Source: a virus. From it: 61,857 nucleotides of DNA. A program made the position numbers and the translations under genes. The notes below the pieces were generated by a model. That model ran no database searches. It saw only the letters and a list, made by a program, of their open reading frames with translations, and had not been told where the DNA came from. Positions 51,932 through 61,540 of this stretch are shown in pieces. The DNA is taken from IMG/VR virus record IMGVR_UViG_3300047462_000177; one strand, given 5' to 3'. The stretch's first letter is position 1. Every line of letters begins with the position of its first letter.

Positions 51932-52059
51932 ATGTGCAGGGCATTGTGCTATAGCCCACAGTTGGCTTGCTGTCCTTGGTTCCTGCCGCGGGAATTGTGT
52001 CTTTCCTCAGAATGCCTCACTGAGCCGCGATAAACACCTAAGTTCTACTGCTGGGTTGG

Positions 52060-52593
52060 TTAGACGCCTGCGAAGGCGCCACCGCCACCAGCTGCAGCTC
52101 CTGCAGGACCAGGAGGCAGGACATCTTTGACATCGTTGCCTTTCTTGCCCTGGTAGACACGGATATCCAGTCGCACCTTGGCTCGTGCCCCGAGTAGGCG
52201 CCCTTCGTCGGCGACTGTCTGGGGATTGAACTTCTGGTTCAGCAACGCCTGTGGGTAGCCGTCGTCAGTCTGAATCCGAGCAAGAGTACGCTTGACACGA
52301 GGCAGACCGCCTTCATTGAAGACGGTATGGTAGAACAGCTTGCGGCCGTTGAACTCACCTCCATCAACTTCGAATACCCATGTCCACATGGGGTTGTTCG
52401 ACCTCTGACTCTTGCCGAAGTCCAGTTGGACCACGGTGACGTCATACAGGCCACGAGGCATGGCAACAAAGTTACCCTCCTCGTTGACGCCACCGAGGTC
52501 TACGACAATGCCATTGCCGTCTTCAGTCTCGACGTTGGCATCATCAGCTTCGGCAGTACCCGCAGCTTCAGCAAATGCGTTAGACATAGTCAT
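52060..52593 (-). CDS. DUF669-type single-stranded DNA-binding protein
   Basis: MPRGLYDVTVVQLDFGKSQRSNNPMWTWVFEV..GRKLFYH, plus synteny with the AAA_24 and Cas4-like genes. Confidence 0.6.
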   Translation of the reverse strand: MTMSNAFAEAAGTAEADDANVETEDGNGIVVDLGGVNEEGNFVAMPRGLYDVTVVQLDFGKSQRSNNPMWTWVFEVDGGEFNGRKLFYHTVFNEGGLPRVKRTLARIQTDDGYPQALLNQKFNPQTVADEGRLLGARAKVRLDIRVYQGKKGNDVKDVLPPGPAGAAAGGGGAFAGV

Positions 52594-52670
52594 CCTCCTT
52601 ATTGCAGTACCAGTACAGTGTCGTACTTGTTAACGGTCTGCATTAGGTTGCACAACCTTAGAAGGCTACA

Positions 52671-53759
52671 TCAGGTGGCCGGTGCTAATGTAGACTTTGC
52701 CACAGTCACTGGTGTGGCTCCTGACTTAGGCACTTCGCCCAACAACCCGACTTGCTTCAGGATTGACCCCATTGTCGGATTGTCGAAATAGTGGGGCTTG
52801 TACACGCTGAACCTCGACTTGGCTGCGTAGCGTGGCCCTTGTTGGATGTACATCCTCCTGGGAGGCGTTGTCTGATCATCAGCTGCCTGACCAATGATGA
52901 GATAGCCTACCATATCCATGAAGCCTTGAACTTGACTTCCAAGTTTGCCGGTCATCATAGGAGAATAGATCTGCCTCTTCAGCTCGTCCTGAACATACGC
53001 TCTCGCGGCGGTGAAGAGCACATGCATCGGGAGATCTCTAAAGTTGCGGATGAGGCGCTGCACCATCATGTGCTGCTGCCTGTATTGAGCCCACTCGGCG
53101 GCAGAACTCTCCTCGTCAATCTTCGTGGCGTCATTGACGCCGAGAAGCTGATTCATGCAATAGACTTCTACTTCGGTGAGAGAGTCTATGATGACCGTCT
53201 TGTATCTCCGCAGACGCTCTTCAGGTGCGTTAGGCATGATCACGTTCTGTAGGTTGCGAAGCTTCTGTTCTGCCTCTGGCGATGGGTCATCTCTGAACTG
53301 GCAATGGAGTTTCAGGTAGTCATAGACTCGGGCAACTGTAGCATAGTTACTTACGCGCACAGGATCGATGAGATGGAACTGATGATCAGGATCATAGAGT
53401 GTCAGTTCGCCACCTTCCGCGCTGATCATAATGACATCCCGCATCTCAGCGACATCTGCTGATGTACCGAAGAGCCAGGTCTTGCCTGCACCATACTCGC
53501 CATAGACCAAAGCCTTCAAGTAAGGCAGCCTAGGTCGATTGACGGGTACAATGAAGGGTGCCTTCCCTGCAACAGGTGACATAGGCGTAGCAGTGGACCC
53601 AGATGGGCTCCCTGGCTGGATCCCTCCAGCACCAGCACTAGCTGTGTGTGTGGTGCCTGTAGTTACCGACGGCGTCTTAGGTGGCGTGTCGGGGGTAGGA
53701 AGAGTTGTGTTGCTGGTTGTATATAGTCTTGTAGCGGTACTTGTAGGTGTCGTCGCCAT
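52671..53759 (-). CDS. AAA_24 / Sak4-like RecA-fold ATPase with a Thr/Pro-rich N-terminal extension
   Basis: Walker A YGEYGAGKT. The alternative ATG at 53582 would remove the 97-nt overlap with the upstream gene. Confidence 0.7.
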   Translation of the reverse strand: MATTPTSTATRLYTTSNTTLPTPDTPPKTPSVTTGTTHTASAGAGGIQPGSPSGSTATPMSPVAGKAPFIVPVNRPRLPYLKALVYGEYGAGKTWLFGTSADVAEMRDVIMISAEGGELTLYDPDHQFHLIDPVRVSNYATVARVYDYLKLHCQFRDDPSPEAEQKLRNLQNVIMPNAPEERLRRYKTVIIDSLTEVEVYCMNQLLGVNDATKIDEESSAAEWAQYRQQHMMVQRLIRNFRDLPMHVLFTAARAYVQDELKRQIYSPMMTGKLGSQVQGFMDMVGYLIIGQAADDQTTPPRRMYIQQGPRYAAKSRFSVYKPHYFDNPTMGSILKQVGLLGEVPKSGATPVTVAKSTLAPAT

Positions 53760-54931
53760 GATAGATCTTCCTCTCCACGGTCTATGGTACTATTCTCAAG
53801 CTCAAATTCCCAATCCGCACCATCATCCAAGTTGATACATGCGGCTTTCATATCACAGTCCCAGCTGCAATCTCTGGTGGGATTGGGAAACAATGCAAGA
53901 TTGGGGTTCAGCATCTCAGCTGACTCAGCCAAGATCTTCCAGCTCTCGTTGACTATCTGGTATTCATTCCGCTCAATGAAGTCCCTGCGAATGACTTTGT
54001 CAGCACACTTGGTCTCTTCAGAGGCTAAGTTGTTTAGGTATTGAACATTGATCCTAGGTGCTTTCTCAGCTGACCCATACATATTCACCAGAGCTTTCTT
54101 GTACAGAGCATGGGTGGTGTTCAGTGTCTTGGCGACACTAAACATCCCTGTGCTCTTGACAAATTCAGGTTCTCTGGGAACAGATTTCTTATGCTGCTGG
54201 TAGACGAAGCCAGCTACAGGCTGCTCGTAGATCTGTGTAGCTGCCCAGCAATAGGCTGTGATCTGGGGATCGGTATCCAAATGTGCTGTAATGATGTTCT
54301 TAGCTGTCTTATAGTCACAGAGCCATATACGGCCATATTCATCGAGGATGACACGATCAATGGTTCCGGTATAATAGCATTTGTCATAGCCATAGCTACG
54401 TAGTAGATCAGGATCAAGAGGGACTTCGATCTGGAAACGTACCTCAACTTGGGGTACTCCGTTGACAACGAGTGTTGTACCTGGATCTCTTGAGGAGAGC
54501 CACTCCTCGTAATAGTCGCACATCCCTTGACCAAGCTGTGTAAGCTCAGCTAAGTTAGGCGGCAACTCTAGTCCTTGGACTCGCTTAGAGGCATCTACAT
54601 ACCCCTCGAAGGCCATCCGAGCTGTAGGGAATCTCTTGTACCCGTGGTAGTCTTCAAAGGCATAATGAATGCCCGTACCAAACCACAAAGGGGCTTTGGC
54701 AAATCTACTAGTTCGATTTCCACGGTGGATGTATGACCAGCCAAACTTCCTTCGGCAACGCCGAAAGGTTGACCTATCACTCGTGCGAATATAAGCTACA
54801 CGAAGAGGCAGAGTCGATGTGCCCTGATCCTCCTCAATAGGAAGAGATATGAAATCGCCTATAGGTTCGCTATCGAAGCTTGACTCATGACTCTGACTCT
54901 CGGACACTGGCGATCCTATACATACACCCAA
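53663..54931 (-). CDS. PD-(D/E)XK nuclease, Cas4/AddB-like, with an Fe-S cysteine cluster
   Basis: IDRVILDEYGRIWLCDYKT (D..D/ExK), an N-terminal Cys in FRRCRRKFGW and the C-terminal CSWDCDMKAAC. Confidence 0.75.
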   Translation of the reverse strand: MGVCIGSPVSESQSHESSFDSEPIGDFISLPIEEDQGTSTLPLRVAYIRTSDRSTFRRCRRKFGWSYIHRGNRTSRFAKAPLWFGTGIHYAFEDYHGYKRFPTARMAFEGYVDASKRVQGLELPPNLAELTQLGQGMCDYYEEWLSSRDPGTTLVVNGVPQVEVRFQIEVPLDPDLLRSYGYDKCYYTGTIDRVILDEYGRIWLCDYKTAKNIITAHLDTDPQITAYCWAATQIYEQPVAGFVYQQHKKSVPREPEFVKSTGMFSVAKTLNTTHALYKKALVNMYGSAEKAPRINVQYLNNLASEETKCADKVIRRDFIERNEYQIVNESWKILAESAEMLNPNLALFPNPTRDCSWDCDMKAACINLDDGADWEFELENSTIDRGEEDLSWRRHLQVPLQDYIQPATQLFLPPTRHLRRRR

Positions 54932-54954
54932 AGGGTGGCTCTCACTATCTATAG

Positions 54955-54984
54955 ATTATACTATAGGTATTAGAGGTCAATCAA
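54955..54984 (-). promoter_or_regulatory. sigma70-type promoter (TTGATT-N18-TATAAT)
   Basis: attata at 54955-54960 and aatcaa at 54979-54984. A 20-bp AT-rich palindrome acctaaaaatatttttaggt lies at 55001-55020, flanked by GGTCACC direct repeats. Confidence 0.6.
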
Positions 54985-55036
54985 GAGGAATTTTATGGTC
55001 ACCTAAAAATATTTTTAGGTCACCATTACTTCACCG

Positions 55037-56482
55037 TCACCGTTCAGGTTTGACTGTCTTCAGCATCTGCCGTACTTGATCAATATCTCGTAGGATAGCC
55101 ATCACGTTGTTCACCTTAGTGTCCAAGGCATTCAACACCAGCTCGCTGTCAATCCCATCCTTGTAGCGGATGTAGTAGATATTGACTGGGTTGGAGATCT
55201 CACCTCTGTGTAGCCGATCTTCGGCTTGGAGATTGTCCCAAGCGTCCCACTCAAAGCCTAGGAAGACGCCCCACGTTGCAGGTTGCAAGTCGAAGCTCTC
55301 TGCATAGCGGATGGAACATAGAGCTATTCCTCTGACTCGTTTGAAGTAGGCAATTCGCTCTGAGAGCTCTTCGACTGTGAGCCCACCCCGAAGTATAGTG
55401 ATCTTTTCTGAATCAATTCCCGAAGCCAGTAGACGCTCACGAATAAAGGGCAGAGCACTAGCAAAAGGAGTAAATACTGCCATATGCTGGTCATCTGCAT
55501 CCTCCAAGAGTTCACTAAGCCTATCGAGCCCTGCACCCCAACTCGCTTCGGAGCTGAGTAGTTTAGGTGTCACCAATACTTGCCGCAATCTCTGAATCTT
55601 TGCCAGAATACTAGGTATAGTTATGACGCCTCCTGATGGCAGTTCTACAAGTTGCTCCTCAATGATACTATTATACATCTTGCGTTGGTCATCAGACATC
55701 TCCATGACATTGCTATCGAGGTCACGGACTTTAGGTGGCATCTGAGGTCTAACTTCAGCATTGGTACGTCGGATCATTACCTTGCTCAAGGACCTCTTCA
55801 GCTCCTCTTCATTCTGCGTTCCGTGAATCTCCACGCCATACTCGCCACGAGTCACAATGCAATAGCGTTCAAGGAAACGCCAATAGGACGTGTAGAGCTT
55901 TGGCCTGACGATGTTCAACGGGGCCCACATACTTTGTGGACCTCTACGAGCAATGCTACCCGAGGTGAGAGCTATGAAGCTTGCGTGCCGTGTCACAGCC
56001 TTCAGTGACTCGAAATTGCCGGACTTTCGGTTGGAGTCTTTGTGGCACTCATCCACAATCACAGCTTTGAACATATTCGGGTTCACGAAGCCAGATCGAA
56101 TATCCAGCTTCAATGACTCACGTGTTATGGCAACAAAGCCCAACCCATGTTTAGCCCACATCTCCTTGCGGATCTCTCGTGTCTTCCCTCGTATGATGAC
56201 AGGAGCAGGAGAACCCCAATCATCAGCTTGGTTCAACCAAGCTATCTGGGCATTGCGACCAGCAATCAGCAAGCAAGGCAAAGGGTAACCAGCAGCTCTC
56301 CAAGCCAGGTAGACTTCACCAGTCTTGCCTAGACCCATACCATCTGCGATGATCCCTTTGCAATTGGCCTCATTGATGAACCAGTTAACAGCCTCCAACT
56401 GGTAAGGCCTAGGTGTGACCTTAATGGGGAAACGGGTATTGTAGTTTGTGTTCCCGTACAAGAGCTCATGTATGTTTGCCAT
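55037..56482 (-). CDS. SNF2-family helicase
   Basis: Motif I DGMGLGKT and motif II VIVDECH, with C-terminal helicase motifs. Confidence 0.85.
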   Translation of the reverse strand: MANIHELLYGNTNYNTRFPIKVTPRPYQLEAVNWFINEANCKGIIADGMGLGKTGEVYLAWRAAGYPLPCLLIAGRNAQIAWLNQADDWGSPAPVIIRGKTREIRKEMWAKHGLGFVAITRESLKLDIRSGFVNPNMFKAVIVDECHKDSNRKSGNFESLKAVTRHASFIALTSGSIARRGPQSMWAPLNIVRPKLYTSYWRFLERYCIVTRGEYGVEIHGTQNEEELKRSLSKVMIRRTNAEVRPQMPPKVRDLDSNVMEMSDDQRKMYNSIIEEQLVELPSGGVITIPSILAKIQRLRQVLVTPKLLSSEASWGAGLDRLSELLEDADDQHMAVFTPFASALPFIRERLLASGIDSEKITILRGGLTVEELSERIAYFKRVRGIALCSIRYAESFDLQPATWGVFLGFEWDAWDNLQAEDRLHRGEISNPVNIYYIRYKDGIDSELVLNALDTKVNNVMAILRDIDQVRQMLKTVKPER

Positions 56483-56577
56483 TAGAACCTCCAGCCTAAG
56501 CCAATGTGCAAGTAGTGTGGGTGGAAAAGAAATACAGCCAGAAGCAGCAAGATGAGCACGACAAATAGCTTGTCCAT
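56482..56577 (-). CDS. 31-aa hydrophobic peptide
   Basis: Hand translation gives MDKLFVVLILLLLAVFLFHPHYLHIGLGWRF. AAGGAGG lies 9 nt upstream. Its TAATG overlaps the SNF2 start. It is below the track threshold. Confidence 0.45.
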   Translation of the reverse strand: MDKLFVVLILLLLAVFLFHPHYLHIGLGWRF

Positions 56578-56578
56578 A

Positions 56579-57520
56579 TCACATGTCCTCCTTGTGACGC
56601 CAGCCTACGAAGACTGGATGTCTTGCAACCTTATCTGTGCCATGTGGTAGGAACTTATACTTGAGGATCCTCCCCATGTAGTTCTGGGGGTTCATCCAGA
56701 TCTCTCGGCGCTCATCATGATTAAAGCCGCTGCCTACTCTGACTTCCCACCCATACTTAAGATCATTGATGATGACCCTACCCATCATGGCTAAGCCACT
56801 CTTGTTCTCCTTATGCGACGAACGCACCTGATAGCCTCTAGCATCAACCGTCGCTGGGTTGTCGTTATGTAGCATCTCCTCGAAGCCAGTGACAACACCT
56901 TCAGCGTCCTCCCAACGCTTGAGTTTACCCATCCCCCCTTCTTTTTCCGTTGAGCGGCCAAACTTGTAGTTGCTAGTGGGGGATCTAACAATAAGACCCT
57001 CATAGCCTTTCTCAACAGCAGCCTGCTCTAAGCTGATGAGGTCAGGCAGGCATTCGATCCTGAACTGTTCAACAGGCACTAATCTAAAACTTGTATGGTA
57101 CAGTACCTTTGCATCTCGGGCTTTGTCATAGAGGAACTTCTGACGCTCCTCGAATGTCATCTCATTCCTGACGATGTCGAAGGCATGGAACCAAGGGATA
57201 ACCGAGGCATCCGTTGTCATGATGCCTGACACAGTTCTCTTGAAGACATCATTGCCTGTTGGTAGGCCAATGATGAGTTCGCCATCAACCCCCTCTAATT
57301 GTGGGATGGCAAACAGTTCTTGTGCTCGTTGGCTCCTGATGAGCTTGCCCGACCGAGAGATCAGCTGCCCATTCATAACCGTAGCCCGGATACCATCTAG
57401 CTTGTAGCTAGCATAGATCCTCTTATGGAACTGTAGGAGTCTCTCAAAGATCCTGAGATCCCCATCATACGCCAACATAGGCCGAAAAGGTTTAATGTTC
57501 ACGTTCACGTTCTCATGCAT
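56579..57520 (-). CDS. ATP-dependent DNA ligase
   Basis: Adenylation motif SYKLDGIR (KxDG), EGLIVR, and an OB-fold region of appropriate size. Confidence 0.85.
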   Translation of the reverse strand: MHENVNVNIKPFRPMLAYDGDLRIFERLLQFHKRIYASYKLDGIRATVMNGQLISRSGKLIRSQRAQELFAIPQLEGVDGELIIGLPTGNDVFKRTVSGIMTTDASVIPWFHAFDIVRNEMTFEERQKFLYDKARDAKVLYHTSFRLVPVEQFRIECLPDLISLEQAAVEKGYEGLIVRSPTSNYKFGRSTEKEGGMGKLKRWEDAEGVVTGFEEMLHNDNPATVDARGYQVRSSHKENKSGLAMMGRVIINDLKYGWEVRVGSGFNHDERREIWMNPQNYMGRILKYKFLPHGTDKVARHPVFVGWRHKEDM

Positions 57521-58121
57521 CTTTTAGGTCTTTCACCTTTGTGCCGTCATTGTCTTTGTCGTTTTTGTTGAGCATCAGGCTATACCAAGTACCTGCTTTC
57601 ATTAGCCTGGCACGAAGGCTTTGGTACGACATACCTAACTCACGTGCTAGAGTAGCAGCCGGGATCCTCTTGCCTGTCTTGGGGTGCAGTACGTAGTGTG
57701 TGCATCGCTTGTTGCTACCCTGCTCTTCATAGGTTGCCCATCTGACATTACCAGGGACATAATGGCCATTAGGATCAATTCTGTCAAGAGTATGATTCCT
57801 ACTAGGACGTAAGCCGACATCTTTCAGGAACCACTCAAAAGCCTGTAGCTTCGTAGGACCTAGATCACTATGAGGATCATCTGCGTGGGTAGGCTGCCAG
57901 CGATCAAACACATGTATGCCTCGCCCACCATACTCGGCATAGCCCACGTGTTTAGGATTGTTGCACCGCTCAAGCATCATGGAGAAGGAATTGTAAGATA
58001 GCCTACGCAAGAAGCATCCACGATCGGCTTCCTTTTTCTTCCGGTTAGGTCTTTTGTGTATCTTCCTCTTGCGAGGCTTGCCCTTCACCAGATGCTCGTT
58101 GGTGGTCTTGTCGTCATCCAT
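57513..58121 (-). CDS. HNH homing-endonuclease-like protein
   Basis: SFSMMLERCNNPKHVGYAEYGGRGIHVFDRW, then LDRIDPNGHYVPGNVRWATYEEQGSNKR, then a C-terminal HTH IPAATLARELGMSYQSL. Confidence 0.7.
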   Translation of the reverse strand: MDDDKTTNEHLVKGKPRKRKIHKRPNRKKKEADRGCFLRRLSYNSFSMMLERCNNPKHVGYAEYGGRGIHVFDRWQPTHADDPHSDLGPTKLQAFEWFLKDVGLRPSRNHTLDRIDPNGHYVPGNVRWATYEEQGSNKRCTHYVLHPKTGKRIPAATLARELGMSYQSLRARLMKAGTWYSLMLNKNDKDNDGTKVKDLKDA

Positions 58122-58133
58122 GGTCGTGCTACC

Positions 58134-58469
58134 TTAGAGTGGTAGATAGCCCTGAGGGTGGGTGATCAGGGTCTGGGTTTGGGTCTGTTGTTGTTGTCGG
58201 CGCTGTTGCTTGTTCAGACGGTGGTCTTTGCAGCGTGAGATGTCTTTGTGGCCATACATCTCCACCAGGAGCTTCCGTACATACACACCCGGGCGTAAGC
58301 CCTTGTTGTGGGCTTCTTTCCTGAGAATGGCTTCCAGCCAAACAGGGACTCTCAAGGAGATAATGGTCCCTACGACCTGATCTGGCGGAAGCCTCCGCTC
58401 AGGGCGGGGATCTGTTCTAAGTCCACGGGTTCGATTTTTGTTAGTCACAGCCGTAATCTTCATGCTCAT
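58134..58469 (-). CDS. ribbon-helix-helix (CopG/Arc-like) DNA-binding protein
   Basis: IISLRVPVWLEAILRKEAHNKGLRPGVYVRKLLVEMYG. The start is set at the ATG at 58469 because the longer ORF begins inside repeat copy D. Confidence 0.55.
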   Translation of the reverse strand: MSMKITAVTNKNRTRGLRTDPRPERRLPPDQVVGTIISLRVPVWLEAILRKEAHNKGLRPGVYVRKLLVEMYGHKDISRCKDHRLNKQQRRQQQQTQTQTLITHPQGYLPL

Positions 58470-58629
58470 TCCCGCATCGGGGTGAATGTAGGGCAGACGC
58501 CTGCGATGCACCGCGAGACTTGTGGTAGCCATAGTAGGTACCTACTCCAAAGCCCCAGGCAAAGAATATGAGGAAGAGAGTTGTCTGTGCCCAGAACTTA
58601 GGCGTGTTGATGTCAGCGAAGATGCTCAT
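58441..58629 (-). CDS. small membrane protein whose C-terminal tail is encoded by repeat copy D
   Basis: TM segment TTLFLIFFAWGFGVGTYYGY. Confidence 0.4.
   Translation of the reverse strand: MSIFADINTPKFWAQTTLFLIFFAWGFGVGTYYGYHKSRGASQASALHSPRCGNEHEDYGCD
58479..58518. repeat. GC-rich dispersed repeat family 1, copy D
   Basis: 58492-58518 is identical to 1646-1672, and 58479-58505 is identical to 6877-6903. Confidence 0.85.
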
Positions 58630-58635
58630 GTTGTG

Positions 58636-59109
58636 TCATACCTCTTTCAGGAATTGACGGACTTCAAGGTCTCGTTCTTCACGTGGAATATCCGCGTAAA
58701 GGATGTTGGCTACCTGCCGATACGTTCGATAGGCAGCATACTCTAAAGGCTGTGTAGGCCAATTGAGATGTTGTGGAAACTGCCAAGCACAGTGGAAGAT
58801 ACTGCCTGCATGATAGTTCCCGATCCAGCATAGCAAGAAGAGCTGATCGCCATCCACCTTGTGGAGGTGTTCGAAGAACACAGCCCTCTCCAAGGATGGT
58901 TTCTTGTCGTAGTTCAGCCGTGTGTTGTAATTCCCCTCAAGGAATATCACACCGAAGGCAATCTTACGCAGCTCAAGGATGGACTTGTCTATCAGGTAGG
59001 CACCTCGTAGAGTAGGCCATTTGACAGCCTCGCCGCGTATAGCAAAGACAGGAGAGTTTAACAGAGGGATGCGATTCCTCTTTGGACCGGCCTTTCTGTC
59101 ACTCGGCAT
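58636..59109 (-). CDS. hypothetical protein
   Basis: 157-aa ORF. Confidence 0.55.
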   Translation of the reverse strand: MPSDRKAGPKRNRIPLLNSPVFAIRGEAVKWPTLRGAYLIDKSILELRKIAFGVIFLEGNYNTRLNYDKKPSLERAVFFEHLHKVDGDQLFLLCWIGNYHAGSIFHCAWQFPQHLNWPTQPLEYAAYRTYRQVANILYADIPREERDLEVRQFLKEV

Positions 59110-59133
59110 AGGATAGTCTCCACTCCTGGATGC

Positions 59134-59394
59134 TCATGAATTCTGACCCTCTCTTGGAGTCGCTACGCAAAGGAACTTCAAGTCAGCAGCATTTGTCACC
59201 AACACATAGCCTGACTTATGCATTGGTGCACTAGTGAATTCCTTCTTCCCGTCGCCACAATCGACACAAGATCTGTAGCCTAGAGCCCAACGCTTTGGAT
59301 TGACTTCTCCATCACACTTAGGCGATGTCTGCCTCTCACAGGCTGGCCATTTTTCACTTCCACTCCCACTTTCGCCTACATTCATACTCACCAA
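59134..59394 (-). CDS. C4 zinc-finger protein (TraR/DksA-like)
   Basis: CERQTSPKCDG..x17..CVDCGD. Confidence 0.45.
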   Translation of the reverse strand: MVSMNVGESGSGSEKWPACERQTSPKCDGEVNPKRWALGYRSCVDCGDGKKEFTSAPMHKSGYVLVTNAADLKFLCVATPREGQNS

Positions 59395-59738
59395 TCCCTA
59401 TCTAACACACGTGAGCCAACCAGCAGCTTGTACTTGTTAGGCCCTGCTGGATCTTTCACGTAGGTGATGGTGAGAAACATCTTCATGCTGCCTCTGAAGA
59501 GCTTCAGCATGTCTGCTTCTGCCTTGATCTCAGACATGACGCTCTTCTTCTTATTGTAGAGCAAGACAGTCTGGTATGGTAAGCCATTGCTGATCGACAG
59601 CTGAGCCTTGAAAATATCTCTCTTGCCAGCCATCGGCCAATCAGGATCAACACTTGCACCTGCTTTGGCTGTGACTGTGACTGTGATCTTAGGTAACCTT
59701 GCTCTGCATTTGAAATGCTTCTCACGAACCTGACTCAT
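59388..59738 (-). CDS. hypothetical protein
   Basis: 116-aa ORF in tight operon packing. Confidence 0.55.
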   Translation of the reverse strand: MSQVREKHFKCRARLPKITVTVTAKAGASVDPDWPMAGKRDIFKAQLSISNGLPYQTVLLYNKKKSVMSEIKAEADMLKLFRGSMKMFLTITYVKDPAGPNKYKLLVGSRVLDRDW

Positions 59739-60124
59739 TACCTCCTCACTTCCAAATTGTCGCCGAGCTGTCCGCCACGCTTTAATGCGTACAAGTAGTT
59801 TGTCACTTGACAGCGAACACGCTCTTGCTGCTCAGCCGTCGAAGCAACCTGCATCTTATTACGCCACCACCACTCCAGCCGCATCAGTTTCACCTGCGTC
59901 GAGACACCTTTCAGCGAAAGCCGAAATGTCTGCCAGACAGCATCTCGCACGCACCATACTCTGACTTGATCATGATTATATGACCCTAGCTGATACTTCT
60001 GTGCATCCCACTTCATTGGCATTCCACCATTGCGAGATTGCACCCGATCCTCAGCCTTGATCCAACCCTCTCCATTCAAAGCACTGATTGCCTGAGACAT
60101 CTTCTGTACCCCTTTCAGATACAT
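59738..60124 (-). CDS. hypothetical protein
   Basis: 128-aa ORF downstream of promoter 60144-60172. Confidence 0.55.
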   Translation of the reverse strand: MYLKGVQKMSQAISALNGEGWIKAEDRVQSRNGGMPMKWDAQKYQLGSYNHDQVRVWCVRDAVWQTFRLSLKGVSTQVKLMRLEWWWRNKMQVASTAEQQERVRCQVTNYLYALKRGGQLGDNLEVRR

Positions 60125-60143
60125 TATTTCCTCTTAACAACCT

Positions 60144-60172
60144 TATTATATATCAATTCTAAAAGGGTCTCA
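60144..60172 (-). promoter_or_regulatory. sigma70-type promoter (TTGAGA-N17-TATAAT)
   Basis: attata at 60144-60149 and tctcaa at 60167-60172, with a CATTTTGACCA box upstream. Confidence 0.55.
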
Positions 60173-60222
60173 ATGGTCAAAATGATTGTCTGTCCAAATT
60201 ATTTTTAGGTTTAGGCTCAGGC

Positions 60223-60939
60223 TCAGCCATTGTAGCCCCCCACTTGAGGGCTAATTAAGTTGAACATCTCCTGATCAAGTTTACATGGGTCAATGAAGCC
60301 GCGTTGAGCCATTACCTTGAGGATAAGAGCACAACGTGAGGTAGTATCAGTAGCAGGTACAACATAATAGCTGCGGCCGAGGTCTGTAAGAACACCCTGA
60401 AGTAGGAAGTCGAACATGACACGAGGACCAGGCAATGGTGTACGCATCCCGTCATCTGTATCTGGCCATGTACATAAGGGGAAATAGAAAATCATGTCAA
60501 AGCGGCTCATGGCATCGCTAGTCAGATCCAGTAGCCAATTAATCTTACTCTCATCCAGATATGTTGAGCAATACTGTAGAGCATAACAGAATTGATCCAA
60601 TTGTGTGCGGTCACAGATGAGGTTCTTGCCCCTACTCTCAAGTATCTTTCGATTATGGGCAAGTTGGATATTCTTCTGTAATGCCCATCGTTTAGTATCT
60701 GATAGACTATGTTGATCAGCTTCTGAAGAGATACCCATAGCAGCGAACACACTCCTACTGCTGCTGGGTAGGAACCCATAGCCATAGGGCTTCAAGTAAG
60801 TCGTGAGCATCAAAGCTGTAGTAGTCTTGCCTACACCTCCAGCCCCGCAGAAGCCAATGACTTTTGGATTGCTTTTTCCGGGTTCATCCGGGTAATCATA
60901 GTTATGGTTGTGGTTGTTATGGTTACGATTATCCGACAT
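60223..60939 (-). CDS. P-loop NTPase (AAA_28 / nucleotide-kinase-like)
   Basis: Walker A GFCGAGGVGKTT. The N-terminus is His/Asn-rich. Confidence 0.55.
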   Translation of the reverse strand: MSDNRNHNNHNHNYDYPDEPGKSNPKVIGFCGAGGVGKTTTALMLTTYLKPYGYGFLPSSSRSVFAAMGISSEADQHSLSDTKRWALQKNIQLAHNRKILESRGKNLICDRTQLDQFCYALQYCSTYLDESKINWLLDLTSDAMSRFDMIFYFPLCTWPDTDDGMRTPLPGPRVMFDFLLQGVLTDLGRSYYVVPATDTTSRCALILKVMAQRGFIDPCKLDQEMFNLISPQVGGYNG

Positions 60940-61489
60940 GGCGACCTCCTCCTCTCAAGGTTTTGTTTGGGACAGCTATCTTGACTATGTTCTCACTCGT
61001 CCGAGTCTTGGGTGGGAACAGAATGTAGTATGCTGCATGTCTGACAGCATCACGTGCATGACGCTGTCCTGTTGCATACATGCCCCACTCTCTGAGCTTG
61101 TCATCAGTACAGAAATACTTTGCAGTACCTGCAGGCTGTTTATGGAATGGGATCTTACGCTGCATGCATAAGGTCTCAATCATCCCTATCAGTCGGGGAG
61201 TCTGCAAGGATGATCCAGCATGCTGCTCAACTCGATTGGCGTATACACGGTAGTCTTCAAGGACTACCTCTGTAGGACGCTGCTGATCGAAGAACAGTGT
61301 GAGTTGCTCTAAGGCAACATCAGGCATGCTTGTGTTGAGTTGTGCAGCCATATGTAGGCTGAGCCTACGAAAGACAGCCACACCTGTGGTGGCTCCTGGA
61401 TCAAGACTGACTAATCTTTCCGGTGGTGGCCTAATCTTTAAGGCATTCAAGGCATTATTATAGATATGCTCAAAGCTTGGCATAACCAA
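60929..61489 (-). CDS. RuvC-like Holliday junction resolvase
   Basis: VSLDPGATTGVAVF, LEDYRVY and RHARDAVRHAAYY are RuvC-fold catalytic blocks. Confidence 0.7.
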   Translation of the reverse strand: MVMPSFEHIYNNALNALKIRPPPERLVSLDPGATTGVAVFRRLSLHMAAQLNTSMPDVALEQLTLFFDQQRPTEVVLEDYRVYANRVEQHAGSSLQTPRLIGMIETLCMQRKIPFHKQPAGTAKYFCTDDKLREWGMYATGQRHARDAVRHAAYYILFPPKTRTSENIVKIAVPNKTLRGGGRHVG

Positions 61490-61540
61490 CCTCCACCTTA
61501 GCTACAGTCTAGTGTAGTCTGCTAGCCCTATCTAGTCTAG

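Noticed and set aside
52061-52075. A fifth copy of repeat family 1 (agacgcctgcga) at the 3' end of the SSB gene.
   Set aside because: Only about 12 nt match, they lie within a Gly/Ala-rich coding tail, and the flanks are not shared with the other copies. This is probably chance.
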